Assembly (NCBI GenBank): GCA_965216565.1
Contig: OZ244170.1
Location: 2,752,001 to 2,816,000, forward strand
Length of the DNA stretch: 64,000 bases
Source of the DNA: Bythopirellula sp.
GTDB lineage: Bacteria; Planctomycetota; Planctomycetia; Pirellulales; Lacipirellulaceae
Reading direction: 5' to 3'
The notes below the pieces were generated by a model, which saw nothing but the letters and a program-made list of their open reading frames with translations, searched no databases and had not been told where the DNA came from. The translations under genes were made by a program, and so were the position numbers. This document shows positions 28,261 to 38,193 of this stretch, piece by piece. Position 1 is the stretch's first letter; every line of letters starts with the position of its first letter.

Positions 28261-29249
28261 TAGGCTTCGGTGTCGACGATCACGCACCCGCGAACTTCAC
28301 CTTTTTCGATCAGTTCATGGGCGTGAGAAAGTTTTTCCAACGGCACAACATGGGCTACACGGTGCTGCAAGCTGCCTTCAGAAAGGCAACGATTGATATC
28401 TTCGATCGCTTGCTGCTTGGCACTCTCTGGCATGGCATACACAATCACCATCCGGATGGTTAGGTCCTTGTACATCATTTGCAAGAATGGCAGTTCCGGC
28501 TTTTGAACTTGAGTGGAAGAATACGTCGCGATGGTGCCACTCGTACGTATGCACTTCAAGACTTCCGGTAAATTGGTGCCAAACTCAACATCGATTACAC
28601 GATCGACTTTCTTACCCTGTGTGGCTTCAAGAACATGCTCGCCCCAGTTATCCTTGCGGTGATTGACGACATGCTCCGCGCCAATTCCGCGGCAAGTTTG
28701 CTCATCTGCCGAGTTACTGGCTGTGGCAACAACAGTTGCGCCGGCGGACTTTGCCCATTGAATAGCGTAATAGCCAACACGTCCAGCACCACCGGTGACT
28801 AAAATAGACTGTTCTTTTACCGGGCCATCAGCGAAGACGCAGCGGTGGGCCGTCATTGCTGGAATCCCCAAGCAAGCGCCAACTTCGAACGAGGCATTTG
28901 CTGGCAATGCTGCAGCACGAAGAGTATCAAGGGCAACATATTCAGCGGCGGTCCCGAACCGACGTCCATACTGAGCCTGGTAGACCCACACCCTTTCGCC
29001 AATTCGATCTGGGGACACACCATCGCCCACGGCTTCGATAATCCCAGCACCATCGCTGTGGGGAATAACCGGCCCTTCGTCCAACAGGCTGGCAAAGGCT
29101 CCAGTACGCTTCTTTACGTCGGAAGGATTCACGCCGCTGGTTTTCAACTTTACCAGCACTTCACCGGCCAAAGGCACAGGTTTCGGCTGCTCACCTACAA
29201 TGAGTGAATCTCTTGCTGGGCCAAACGAATCGAACCATCCGGCTTTCAT
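28260..29249 (-). CDS. NADPH:quinone reductase-like MDR (zeta-crystallin family)
   Basis: GVNPSD, PHSDGAG, GTAAEY, GIPAMTAH and VTGGAGRVG. Confidence 0.9.
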   Translation of the reverse strand: MKAGWFDSFGPARDSLIVGEQPKPVPLAGEVLVKLKTSGVNPSDVKKRTGAFASLLDEGPVIPHSDGAGIIEAVGDGVSPDRIGERVWVYQAQYGRRFGTAAEYVALDTLRAAALPANASFEVGACLGIPAMTAHRCVFADGPVKEQSILVTGGAGRVGYYAIQWAKSAGATVVATASNSADEQTCRGIGAEHVVNHRKDNWGEHVLEATQGKKVDRVIDVEFGTNLPEVLKCIRTSGTIATYSSTQVQKPELPFLQMMYKDLTIRMVIVYAMPESAKQQAIEDINRCLSEGSLQHRVAHVVPLEKLSHAHELIEKGEVRGCVIVDTEA

Positions 29250-29265
29250 GTCTCTCTCCTATCAC

Positions 29266-30075
29266 TCAATTGAATGAGCAAAGCTTGTTGGATAGTGTTT
29301 CGGTATGGCCGTCGATGGAAATAGCTTGGCCAGACAATGTCGCCCCTGCCTCAGAGCAAAAATACAGTGCCATGCTCGCCACATCATCGGGTCTCACAAA
29401 TAAACTCATAGAACTTTGCTCTAAATAGGCCAGACGGATCTTGCTTGCGTCGACCCCTCGTGCCTGAGCATCCCTGGCGATAACGCCGTTAATTCGCTCG
29501 CCCTCCACACTCCCGGGGCAAATTGCATTGACTCGAATGTTGAACGGGCCGAGTTCCATGGCCCAGGTTTTCGTCAGGCCAATCAAAGCCCATTTCGCGG
29601 CGGAATAGGGAGATCGGAGCGGACAACCGAAAAATGCGGCATTGGACGAAATATTAATGATCGAGCCGCCATGACACGATTTGAGCATAGGCACTGCTAG
29701 GCGAGTGCAGTAGAACTGACCGCTCAAGTCTATGGCGATTGTCTTATCCCACTCCTCAATCTCGATATCTTCTACTGCTGCAGTCGGGCCAGCGATGGCA
29801 GCGTTGTTGACTAGGATGTCTAGACGTTGATAGAGATTACTCAGGTCACTGAAGACGCGCTCGACTTGCTCGGGCTGACTAACATCGGCAACGCTTGCCG
29901 ATGCTGTGGGGTTTGATTCTAGAAACTCACCGATCCTGTCTTCACACACGTCGCACACATGAACTTTGCAATCATGAGCAAGCAGGCTCTCAGCGATATA
30001 GCGCCCGATCCCAGAAGCACCTGCTGTGACAAGGGCAACCTGTCCAGGTCGAATTTCATTAACAAGGTTTGCCAT
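29266..30075 (-). CDS. SDR oxidoreductase
   Basis: VTAGASGIG, NNAAIAGP, YSAAK and RVNAICPG. Start placed at ATG 30075. Confidence 0.88.
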   Translation of the reverse strand: MANLVNEIRPGQVALVTAGASGIGRYIAESLLAHDCKVHVCDVCEDRIGEFLESNPTASASVADVSQPEQVERVFSDLSNLYQRLDILVNNAAIAGPTAAVEDIEIEEWDKTIAIDLSGQFYCTRLAVPMLKSCHGGSIINISSNAAFFGCPLRSPYSAAKWALIGLTKTWAMELGPFNIRVNAICPGSVEGERINGVIARDAQARGVDASKIRLAYLEQSSMSLFVRPDDVASMALYFCSEAGATLSGQAISIDGHTETLSNKLCSFN

Positions 30076-30507
30076 CTCGTTCTCATTGGCCGTTTGCGTT
30101 TCTCTAATTGTCGCCCTGCTCCAGCTGGATTGAAAGGGGACTGACATAAAAACACTTCGTAACAACGCGGTAATTTGATTACGTAAAAAGTAGTCAAATC
30201 CCTCGCCGTTCGACGCTCGGTCAATCGATAGATAGTCAAAGCCTCGAGTTTGATTTTCTATGTAAGCACAAAGACCAAACCAAACTCACTCACTAATAAC
30301 AATTGGCGCTCTAAAGAACTCTTTTTGTTGAACAAACGACTTGGCACTGTATGCCGAGCCAACTCGATTTGCACTGTGTGCCTATCAGAGTGATAGTTCC
30401 TGAGAGAGGCAACTGCATTTAGTTACAAGCGTTGCCTTGCAATAGATTAGAAAATGCGCGGCCGCGATCTGACAGATCTCCGGTATCTGTCGTTCCGCTA
30501 ATCCTAC

Positions 30508-31026
30508 TCAGATCAAATCCAAAGGGCTGGGCCGACGGTGACGCTTCGTCCCGCAGTCGGAACAGATGCCGGAGATTATCAGCCGATGGCCGGTGATGCG
30601 GAAGTGGTGGTCGGTGGCAACCGCCTCACGGAGTCGCTTGAGTTCTTCACTTTGGAATTCGATCAGTTCATCGCAAATGGTGCAGTGCAAATGATCGTGC
30701 TGAGGGTAGCCGTAATCGTGTTCGTAGACCGCTCGGCCGCGAAGGTTCATCCGCCGCAGGAGCCCCGCATCGACCAATTCGTTGAGTGTTCGGTAAACGG
30801 TGGGCCGGCTAACCTTGCTGCCCTCAGGTTGCTGGGCCAAGTTGAGAATCAGTTCCTCGGCATCAAAGTGGTCGTGGCGCTTGAAAACGAAGTCGACCAG
30901 GATCTTCCTTTGCTGAGTGATCCGCTTGCCTTTGCTCTGCAGGAATTCGCTGAAGCGCTCCTGAGGGCTGCTGGAAACCGTGACCGTACCGAGTGAGTAG
31001 CCGCTGGACATCGCTGAATTTACCAT
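30508..31026 (-). CDS. fur: Fur family transcriptional regulator
   Basis: RITQQR, HFDAEEL, SRPTVYRTL, HDHLHCTIC and a C-terminal CSDC. Confidence 0.9.
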   Translation of the reverse strand: MVNSAMSSGYSLGTVTVSSSPQERFSEFLQSKGKRITQQRKILVDFVFKRHDHFDAEELILNLAQQPEGSKVSRPTVYRTLNELVDAGLLRRMNLRGRAVYEHDYGYPQHDHLHCTICDELIEFQSEELKRLREAVATDHHFRITGHRLIISGICSDCGTKRHRRPSPLDLI

Positions 31027-31325
31027 TTGCGTCGAAGAGCCAGTTTCAATAAGGGCGGGCCACGGCCTTTATTGAGACCAGAGCCAGCTGTGTAGTTCTG
31101 ACGAACAGCCTAGTATAGCTGTCTGCAGAAGAATGTTACATCTTCTTATTGATTCTACGCTTTTCGCTGCTGAGTCTCAAGAGTGAGACCAAAACCCGGG
31201 GCTGCAGGGAATTGAGCTGCCTGATTTCTTCGGCGAGCCGACTTGTCTCCAAGTCAAAGGAGCCGAGGTCGGGGACGACTCGGCTCGCTGGGGAGGAATT
31301 CGTTCAAACTCGTGGACACGGCCTA

Positions 31326-31604
31326 TCAGCCGATTTCGTCTAGCAGATTGTCAAGCGCGGCATCGAGCTTGTCGGCGGTCTCGTAAGTGCCGTCGGCAAT
31401 CTGTTGACGAACACGATTCACCAAGTCGGTGCGAATTTCGCCACTCTCTTGGGCCTCGATCGCTTCAAGCGCTGCCGCGGAAATGTCGAGTTGATCGGAA
31501 GGGCCTGCCGAAGCGGGGTTCGCTTGTGGGGCATTGTTCCGATTGTAGTGAGGGCCGTTGATGCCGTGGGCACCGTGAAGGTGCGAGGGTCCGTTGACTT
31601 GCAT
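31326..31604 (-). CDS. flgM: Flagellar anti-sigma-28 factor FlgM
   Basis: DQLDIS and IRTDLVNRVRQQIADGTY...KLD.A motifs; GGAG RBS upstream. Confidence 0.85.
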   Translation of the reverse strand: MQVNGPSHLHGAHGINGPHYNRNNAPQANPASAGPSDQLDISAAALEAIEAQESGEIRTDLVNRVRQQIADGTYETADKLDAALDNLLDEIG

Positions 31605-31846
31605 GATGTTCTCCAGATGAGATTACTGATTGCCAGAGTCGCACGGGCAAAATGCTATCGAGCTTTGCTACCGTGGGCGGGTGACGAGTGGTTTCAGTGG
31701 AATAGGTCTCAAAGGGTGTCGGAATGGTTCAGATCAAAAAACTGTGAACGACGAGTGAAGACTCGCCCGTACTATTCTCATCGTCGCGCTCGGCGGCAGG
31801 GAATCATCGTTTTGAACAAAGGCCGGTCAACCGACCGGCACGTTCT

Positions 31847-31872
31847 GTATCGGGTATGACAGTATTGATTGA
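31847..31872 (-). promoter_or_regulatory. Possible sigma-28 (FliA) promoter upstream of flgM
   Basis: Minus strand reads TCAA-N14-CCCGATAC, an imperfect match to TAAA-N15-GCCGATAA, ~245 bp upstream of flgM. Confidence 0.3.
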
Positions 31873-32345
31873 CGAATATGGCAGTTAGCAGGTGGATTTG
31901 TTTCGTTTTCGCAACATCTCCGAGCGGTTGCGGTCGGTTCCTGGCGAAGGCACTCGTCAGACCGAATTTGTGGCCCAGGCGCGATCGCAGCACTCGTAAC
32001 ACTTAAGCTTCCTGAAAGCTATTACGGGCGGCAACGACGCCTTGTTCGCCTGAGCAGAACTGTAGGCATGAGGATCGTAGGTCAGCCCATTTTTGCCGTC
32101 AACGGCAGTTGGATTGGGTAAAACACGCTCTGCTGGCACAAAGACGCGAAACTTCGCCGAATACGCTCGGTTTGATAGAATAGGCGGTCAGCAGTCCGTC
32201 GCTGCCAGCCGCCCCAATAGCGTTATGCTGTAAGAATGAGACCCCATCCATATCCATCCATATAGCCGGTGGCAAACCTGCCTCCGGAGTCCACCGAACC
32301 GCTGGTGGTCCCGAAATCTGCAGTCCCCGTGAACCAATAAAGATC

Positions 32346-33185
32346 ATGCAAATACTCCGGATCATCGTACTACTAGCATTTGCGACTACCTGCCAGCACG
32401 GTGCCATGGCAGCATCTGTCGAGAACCCGGATTCACCAGCCGCAGCCATTTTTGCCCAGCTCGATGCCAATTCCGATGGTCAACTGCAATTGACCGAAAT
32501 CCCCGACGAGCAGCAGGCACTGCTGACCCGTCTACTGCGGACCTCGGACGAAGACCAAAACGGAACGCTCTCCCTGGAGGAATTCACTGTCGGCCTCGAG
32601 CCAACTCGCAAGAACAAGCCCATCGCCAAAAAGGCCCCCCCTCGTTTGCCGGGTTCCGACGAATTGCTTCTGCTGCTTGCCATGATGGATCAGAACGCTG
32701 ATGGTCGAATCACTTCCCAAGAACCACCAGAGCTACTGCGACCATTCTACAAAATCCTCCGCGACAGAATCGGAGCCAACGAGAAAGGTACCGTTATTCT
32801 TAGGCAGGTTGCCCGAGGTGCACCGCGATTGACACAAGCCGCCAAGATGTATGTCACCCGGCAGGGAATCGACGTCGATTTGGAATATGCCCTCTTGCCA
32901 GAGAAAAACTGGAAGCTGGTTCAAGATCTAGACAAACCACAGCAGCCGGGTGAATTCCTGGCCGACCCCGAGCAAGCCATGGAGCTGTTCAAGCGAATCG
33001 ATGCCAACGGCGATGGCAAAATTGTCTACGAAGAAGTTCCCGAGCAAATCGCCGATCGCTACAACCGCCTGGTTGCCCGAGCCGACAGCAATGGCGACGA
33101 GGAAATCAGCGAACAGGAATTCCGCCAACTTTCGTCGCGCTTTCGTACCTTCTCAAAGTTTCGGCGGAAACGCGTGGACAAGTAG
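32346..33185 (+). CDS. Secreted EF-hand calcium-binding domain protein
   Basis: Signal peptide; loops DANSDGQL, DEDQNGTL, DQNADGRI, DANGDGKI and DSNGDEEI. Confidence 0.85.
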   Translation: MQILRIIVLLAFATTCQHGAMAASVENPDSPAAAIFAQLDANSDGQLQLTEIPDEQQALLTRLLRTSDEDQNGTLSLEEFTVGLEPTRKNKPIAKKAPPRLPGSDELLLLLAMMDQNADGRITSQEPPELLRPFYKILRDRIGANEKGTVILRQVARGAPRLTQAAKMYVTRQGIDVDLEYALLPEKNWKLVQDLDKPQQPGEFLADPEQAMELFKRIDANGDGKIVYEEVPEQIADRYNRLVARADSNGDEEISEQEFRQLSSRFRTFSKFRRKRVDK

Positions 33186-33433
33186 TTGCACAAGTTGGAC
33201 TATTTGGCAAGATCCGCTCTCCGGTAGCGAATAACTACCAGGAACAGGGGCATTTAATTGCGTGAATCATCGTTATTCTCGCAATATTAATACCCCCTTC
33301 ATACGATTCTCCCTCGATCTGGTTATGAACCGTGAACCCATCGGGGGTGTCCTGCGTATGATACGAGTAGACAAATGGCTTCCCGGTTTTCCCGCAAACC
33401 GATTAGGCCAGACCCACAGAGGAGGCACTAAAC

Positions 33434-33637
33434 ATGGCAACTCCCCAATCACCAGTCCCGGCTAGCCCGGACAAGAAATTACCACCGATCACGATCGATG
33501 GACACGCGCTGTTCGAATTCAGCCTGAAAATGAATCGGGCTTTGAAACGCTTCGAAGCTCGCTTTGACGCCAAAGAGTCGAACTTGGTTCCTGCATTTCG
33601 CAAGACCTGGCAAGCTCCGCCGCGCAAACCACGCTGA
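33434..33637 (+). CDS. Small basic hypothetical protein (67 aa)
   Basis: Strong GGAGG RBS at 33421 and an intrinsic terminator just downstream. Confidence 0.65.
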   Translation: MATPQSPVPASPDKKLPPITIDGHALFEFSLKMNRALKRFEARFDAKESNLVPAFRKTWQAPPRKPR

Positions 33638-33667
33638 TCCCGCGTCAGTAATCGGATATGGTTACCG

Positions 33668-33699
33668 AAAACCCCAGGGGGAATCCCTGGGGTTTTTTT
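33668..33699 (+). terminator. Rho-independent terminator
   Basis: AAAACCCCAGGG-ggaat-CCCTGGGGTTTTTTT. Confidence 0.85.
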
Positions 33700-33761
33700 C
33701 GTATCTAGCACCTCAGCTGCACCGAGTCGACACTGTTTCGACTAAGTCTTGAGTTCGTACA

Positions 33762-33810
33762 CTAGCCGGAGGCACACTTGCCTCCGGAGCGGACCGCGTG
33801 GCGGTCCGGA
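33762..33810. repeat. REP-like double-hairpin element, copy 1
   Basis: ctagCCGGAGGCAcactTGCCTCCGGa gcGGACCGCgtgGCGGTCCgga. A near-identical reverse-complement copy lies at 38113-38167. Confidence 0.8.
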
Positions 33811-33916
33811 TAGTGAGAGGAGACTCGCTGGGAGCTATGTTGCCGTCGCCACAAGACTGCGGTTATCATTAAAGTAAGCGCTTCGCCCTTGCCGCCCCAT
33901 TTGAAGGATTCCAACG

Positions 33917-34849
33917 ATGAAGGTCCTACTTGCCAGTCCCCGTGGATTTTGTGCGGGGGTAAACATGGCCATTGAAGCGCTAGACCTCGCCATCAAATCG
34001 TTGCCGGGGCCCATCCACGTGTATCACGAAATAGTCCACAACAAGTATGTGGTCGAAGAATTCCGCAACCGAGGCGTCGTATTTGTCGACGACCTGGCTG
34101 AGGTTCCCGAGGGGGCGACTCTTCTATTTTCCGCGCACGGCGTTTCCCCGGAAGTGCGCCAGATTGCCCGCGAGCGCCGGTTGCAAGCGATCGACGCCAC
34201 TTGTCCCTTGGTCACGAAGGTTCACCTAGAGGCCATCAAATATGCGAACATGGGATACACCATCTTCCTAATCGGTCACGAAGGCCATGACGAAGTGATC
34301 GGAACCATGGGCGAGGCGCCCGAAGCAATTGTTCTGGTCGAAACCCCCGAAGAAGTGGCTCAGCTGCAGGTGGCTGACGAATCGAAAGTCGCCTATCTCA
34401 CCCAGACCACATTAAGCGTTGACGATGCCAATCGCATTATCCAGAAGCTCCGCGAACGATTCCCACAAATTGCATCGCCCCCCAAGGATGATATCTGTTA
34501 CGCAACACAAAACCGCCAAGAAGCCGTATCGGTTTTGTCCAGCGAAGCCGATGTGACCTTGGTGCTGGGAAGTAAAAATAGCTCAAACAGTCAACGGCTG
34601 GCCGAGTTGTCCCGCGAGCGTGGCATTGCGGCCTACTTAATTGATGGCCCCGAGGATATCGATGCCAATTGGTTGGTCGAGGCCAAAACGGTCCTGGTCA
34701 CCGCAGGTGCCAGTGCCCCAGAAGTGGTGGTTGAAGCCGTTCTCGATCTGTTGCGGGAACAATTTCAAGCCACGGTGGAGTCTCGAACGCTCCGCGAAGA
34801 GGACGTCTCATTCCCACTGCCCCGTGAGCTCCGGGTGGTCGCTGGATAG
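33917..34849 (+). CDS. ispH: 4-hydroxy-3-methylbut-2-enyl diphosphate reductase
   Basis: PRGFCAGV, HEIVHN, SAHG, DATCPLV, HDEV.G, QTT, ICYATQNRQ, SSNS and TAGAS. Confidence 0.97.
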   Translation: MKVLLASPRGFCAGVNMAIEALDLAIKSLPGPIHVYHEIVHNKYVVEEFRNRGVVFVDDLAEVPEGATLLFSAHGVSPEVRQIARERRLQAIDATCPLVTKVHLEAIKYANMGYTIFLIGHEGHDEVIGTMGEAPEAIVLVETPEEVAQLQVADESKVAYLTQTTLSVDDANRIIQKLRERFPQIASPPKDDICYATQNRQEAVSVLSSEADVTLVLGSKNSSNSQRLAELSRERGIAAYLIDGPEDIDANWLVEAKTVLVTAGASAPEVVVEAVLDLLREQFQATVESRTLREEDVSFPLPRELRVVAG

Positions 34850-34914
34850 CCGAGCCCTATTCCTCAGCGAGCCGAATCCCAGGGAAAGCCCGGTCGTGGT
34901 TCTCTTCAAATCTC

Positions 34915-34990
34915 GGTGGGCTGGGGTCGAGTGGAACGAGCCCTCAGACCGCTCCGACTGGGGGCCCAATTCGTTCGAACCCAGCCACCC
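34915..34990. repeat. REP-like imperfect palindrome
   Basis: GGTGGGCTGGGGTCGA ... TCGAACCCAGCCACC arms with an inner GCCCTCAG/CTGGGGGC stem. Confidence 0.65.
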
Positions 34991-35159
34991 ATCACCCGCA
35001 TTGAGACCCTAACCCGCATAGTGAATTAGTACCGAAAACCCACAAAGGTTGTCCGGCAGGTGCGGGTGGATATATTAGAAATAGTGGACGACTTTGCCGG
35101 ATGCGTTCGGCAGCTTCGCAAAACTCTACCCGCCGCTAAGGATCGAGAGGTATAGCACG

Positions 35160-35939
35160 ATGGCACGTCTTTCCGTTCTTTCAATGATCTGCCTGGTATC
35201 ACTCACTATTCTTCAGACGGCCGAGGGCATTTCTCCCGATCGGGTGAAATATTCACCTGCCCCGCCGCTCAATCCTCCGCAGCTGCAAAATAAAACCAAC
35301 GCTAAGCAAATCACACCGCTTCCTGGGTTGTCGACCGAACAGCGTTCCAACGCGGCAACTGCCAAGAAGTACAAAAGCGACGAAGAGCTACGTGCCGAGC
35401 AAGAGAAAATCTGGAACAGCCCCACCATGCAAGACGCTCGTGCCAAGATTGCTGAGTTTTGCCGATACTCGGCCCAGGTCAGCGTCGCCGAGTGCAAAGA
35501 GTACCTCACAGAGCTTTCGCAGCTTTCTCCGGACGAAATGAACAATTGGCTAGATCGCTACCAAGCGGGGCAACAGCAAGCTGCCCGTTCGCGCGAAGTT
35601 TCGGAGCAAAGCCGCCGAGTGAGAGTCTCCAACTCTTTGGATCGTCAGGAAGTACAACGAAACGTAGCTTCGCACATCGCCGAATTACAAAGAGAGTCCT
35701 ACGTGATGGAACGACTTGAGCACCAACAGAGAGTGGCGCTGACCGTCAAGCCATTCACCTACTTAGGCCCCACGCGATCGATCTCCACTCCGAGCTACAA
35801 TCCGTTCGAGCTAGTATTCGATCCAGCCAGCCCTCGCGGAGCGGCACGGCAGTTTGCTGCTGGCATCAGCCTCCCCGGGGACCTTCCTGCCGGCGATCCT
35901 GCAAATTTCGTCGAGCCTCCTGAGGTTGTTGATCCATAA
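35160..35939 (+). CDS. Secreted hypothetical protein
   Basis: Signal-peptide-like N-terminus from ATG 35160, helical body, terminator downstream. Confidence 0.7.
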   Translation: MARLSVLSMICLVSLTILQTAEGISPDRVKYSPAPPLNPPQLQNKTNAKQITPLPGLSTEQRSNAATAKKYKSDEELRAEQEKIWNSPTMQDARAKIAEFCRYSAQVSVAECKEYLTELSQLSPDEMNNWLDRYQAGQQQAARSREVSEQSRRVRVSNSLDRQEVQRNVASHIAELQRESYVMERLEHQQRVALTVKPFTYLGPTRSISTPSYNPFELVFDPASPRGAARQFAAGISLPGDLPAGDPANFVEPPEVVDP

Positions 35940-35974
35940 CAGTAAGGCCATCGAAAGTAGAACAACCCGAGAAG

Positions 35975-36008
35975 GGTGCCTCTCACTCGCTGAGAGGCAC
36001 CTTTTTTT
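35975..36008 (+). terminator. Rho-independent terminator
   Basis: GGTGCCTCTCA-ctcgc-TGAGAGGCACC followed by T7. Confidence 0.85.
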
Positions 36009-36130
36009 ATTGGTCTCGAGTGAATTCCAGGGTTTTTGGGGTCATGGTTCTCACAGAGAATTCAGTATGATTGTCACCGGCTCAAAGCTTCCTACCCAAC
36101 ACCTAACTAAATCAACTACGGAGATATGAA

Positions 36131-36928
36131 GTGGCTGAATTGTTGACCCTCGAAAACCTCGCGAACCTCGGCGTGCTGCTCTTCCTGCAAGTGGTGCTGG
36201 GGTTCGACAATTTGCTGTACATATCTATCGAATCGAAACGGGCCCCTGTCGAATCGCAGCAGTCCGTCCGCCGCAATGGCATTCTTATTGCGATCGCTTT
36301 GCGAATCGTACTGCTGTTCGTGATGATCACACTCATCGAACGCCTCGAAGAGCCGTTCTTTTCCCTCGGATGGGAGGGGTTCATCACGGGCGATTTTAAC
36401 TTCGCCACTATTGTGTTTCTTTTAGGCGGCGTTTTCATCATGTATACGGCCGTCAAAGAGATCCGGCATCTGCTCGAGGTCGATGATCTCCAAAGTGAAG
36501 GAGAGGAACGCCCCACCAAGTCTGCCGGTCAGGTCATTGCCATGATCGTGCTGATGAATCTGATCTTTTCGTTCGACTCGATCCTTTCCGCGCTGGCCAT
36601 CACCGATGTGTTTGTCGTGCTGGCGATTGCCATCGTATCCTCGGGCTTGGCCATGCTATTGATGGCGGACCGCGTTTCGGTATTCATCGAGAAGAATCGC
36701 AAGTATGAAGTTCTGGGTCTGTTCATTTTGTTAATCGTCGGAATCGTTCTTTTGGGCGAAGGAGGTCACGTCGCACACCTCAAACTAGCTGGTTACAAAG
36801 TAGAACCGATGAGCAAGAGCACGTTTTACTTTTCGATTGCCGTCTTGGTATTGGTCGATGTGTTGCAGTCAGGCTATCAAAAGAAGCTCGCCAATAGGCG
36901 AGTGGGTAAGCAGGGCCACCTAGCGTGA
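36131..36928 (+). CDS. TerC family membrane protein
   Basis: LQVVLGFDNL.YISI, GG.FI...AVKEI and IFSFDSILSA. Confidence 0.9.
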   Translation: MAELLTLENLANLGVLLFLQVVLGFDNLLYISIESKRAPVESQQSVRRNGILIAIALRIVLLFVMITLIERLEEPFFSLGWEGFITGDFNFATIVFLLGGVFIMYTAVKEIRHLLEVDDLQSEGEERPTKSAGQVIAMIVLMNLIFSFDSILSALAITDVFVVLAIAIVSSGLAMLLMADRVSVFIEKNRKYEVLGLFILLIVGIVLLGEGGHVAHLKLAGYKVEPMSKSTFYFSIAVLVLVDVLQSGYQKKLANRRVGKQGHLA

Positions 36929-37201
36929 CTTGGTGAGCTGTTGCTATCCGAAATTCAGGCCGAGCCCGGTTGTTTAGACAGCCCACGCCGAGTTGCTTTT
37001 GTAGAATGATCGCTTGATCTGAATTTTCATCATGCGGTCCAATTCTCTGCTTCCTGCTTGCATAGAATTGAAAGGTCCTAGGATAGGCGACAGAAAAAAC
37101 CTTGCAGCACATCTACCAAAACAGCTAGAATTGGCCTCAGTTTTTGGGGGTTCATTCTAGTCGGTGCGTATCTTATGCACCCCGGAAGAGAGGAGACGCT
37201 C

Positions 37202-38017
37202 ATGGCGCATGCATTGAAATGCTCGCTATCGTTAGTGTGTTTGTTTCTGTTGATACCCGCTGGTCAGGCTGTTGCTGTCGATGGCTATGCCAATGTGGGA
37301 ATCAGTTCCATTTCACCCTGTCCAAGTTTCTGCGGCGGTTCAGGGAGAGTATCTGGGTTTAGCTTCGATGGCGGCCCAGGCGAAAGTTCTGCCGCGACGA
37401 CCCTATCAGACGTCAATGGCAACGGGGAAGGCTTCGCAAACTTAAACGGCCCGACGCTGTTGCCAGTTCTAGGGGCGGGCGCCTTTTCCAATCCGAATGC
37501 CAGAGTTGGGGTCGGATCCACGGGCATGAGGTCCTATCTCTACACGGGCGCCTCGCCGACCACGATTACGTTGGACATCCTGTTTGAGGGCGAAGCCTCG
37601 GCACCTGTGGCTAGTGACGCATCCGGTCGGTCCAATATCGTTGTCATGAAGGGTAATGTATTCCCGTTCTCGACGGACTATGGAACGTTGAAATTCGAAG
37701 AGATTCCTGGCACACCGGGATTGGAACTTGTTTCAGAATCTGATCTCTCTCTCACTACCAATGCAGGTCCCCAAAGTCTGACCGACAGCATAAGTATCCC
37801 GCTGTCTCCCGGAGATAAAATTGCGGTTTGGGGAAAGCTCACCGTCAGTGGCACTAGATCAGGATCGGTGGATGCTCTGAATACTTTGGGCGCCAGTTTC
37901 TCCGATCCGACAGGGTTGGTGCCGCTAGCGGTTCCCGCACCGGCAACCGCGACGCTGCTGATGATCGGTTCGCTTGGCTTCGGCCTACGTCCTTCTCGTA
38001 CGTTTGCTAGACGATAG
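37202..38017 (+). CDS. Secreted Gly/Ser-rich protein with a PEP-CTERM-like (VPAP) tail
   Basis: GAGGAG RBS, signal peptide, C-terminal VPAPATATLLMIGSLGFGLRPSRTFARR. Confidence 0.75.
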   Translation: MAHALKCSLSLVCLFLLIPAGQAVAVDGYANVGISSISPCPSFCGGSGRVSGFSFDGGPGESSAATTLSDVNGNGEGFANLNGPTLLPVLGAGAFSNPNARVGVGSTGMRSYLYTGASPTTITLDILFEGEASAPVASDASGRSNIVVMKGNVFPFSTDYGTLKFEEIPGTPGLELVSESDLSLTTNAGPQSLTDSISIPLSPGDKIAVWGKLTVSGTRSGSVDALNTLGASFSDPTGLVPLAVPAPATATLLMIGSLGFGLRPSRTFARR

Positions 38018-38039
38018 CAGACTACGACCACATTCACAA

Positions 38040-38077
38040 AAAACAGAGCTCTGTCCACAAAGTCAGAGCTCTGTTTT
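38040..38077. terminator. Probable bidirectional terminator
   Basis: AAAACAGAGCTCTG-N10-CAGAGCTCTGTTTT between convergent genes. Confidence 0.7.
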
Positions 38078-38112
38078 CGTATGCTGACAAAGTTACTCCT
38101 GCAGAGGACCAA

Positions 38113-38167
38113 TAGCCGGACCGCCACGCGGTCCGCCGAATCCGGAGGCAGGTGTGCCTCCGGCTAG
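38113..38167. repeat. REP-like double-hairpin element, copy 2
   Basis: Reverse complement of 33762-33810 with a 4-nt spacer insertion and two substitutions. Confidence 0.8.
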
Positions 38168-38193
38168 CTGGAAACTATCGCTCTTGGCCGGCG

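Noticed and set aside
30342..30356. TGGCAC...TGC as a sigma-54 promoter
   Set aside because: The spacing between GG and GC does not fit the -24/-12 rule.
31605..32345. Several short ORFs between flgM and the EF-hand gene
   Set aside because: They overlap one another on both strands and lack an RBS or motif support; treated as a divergent regulatory region.
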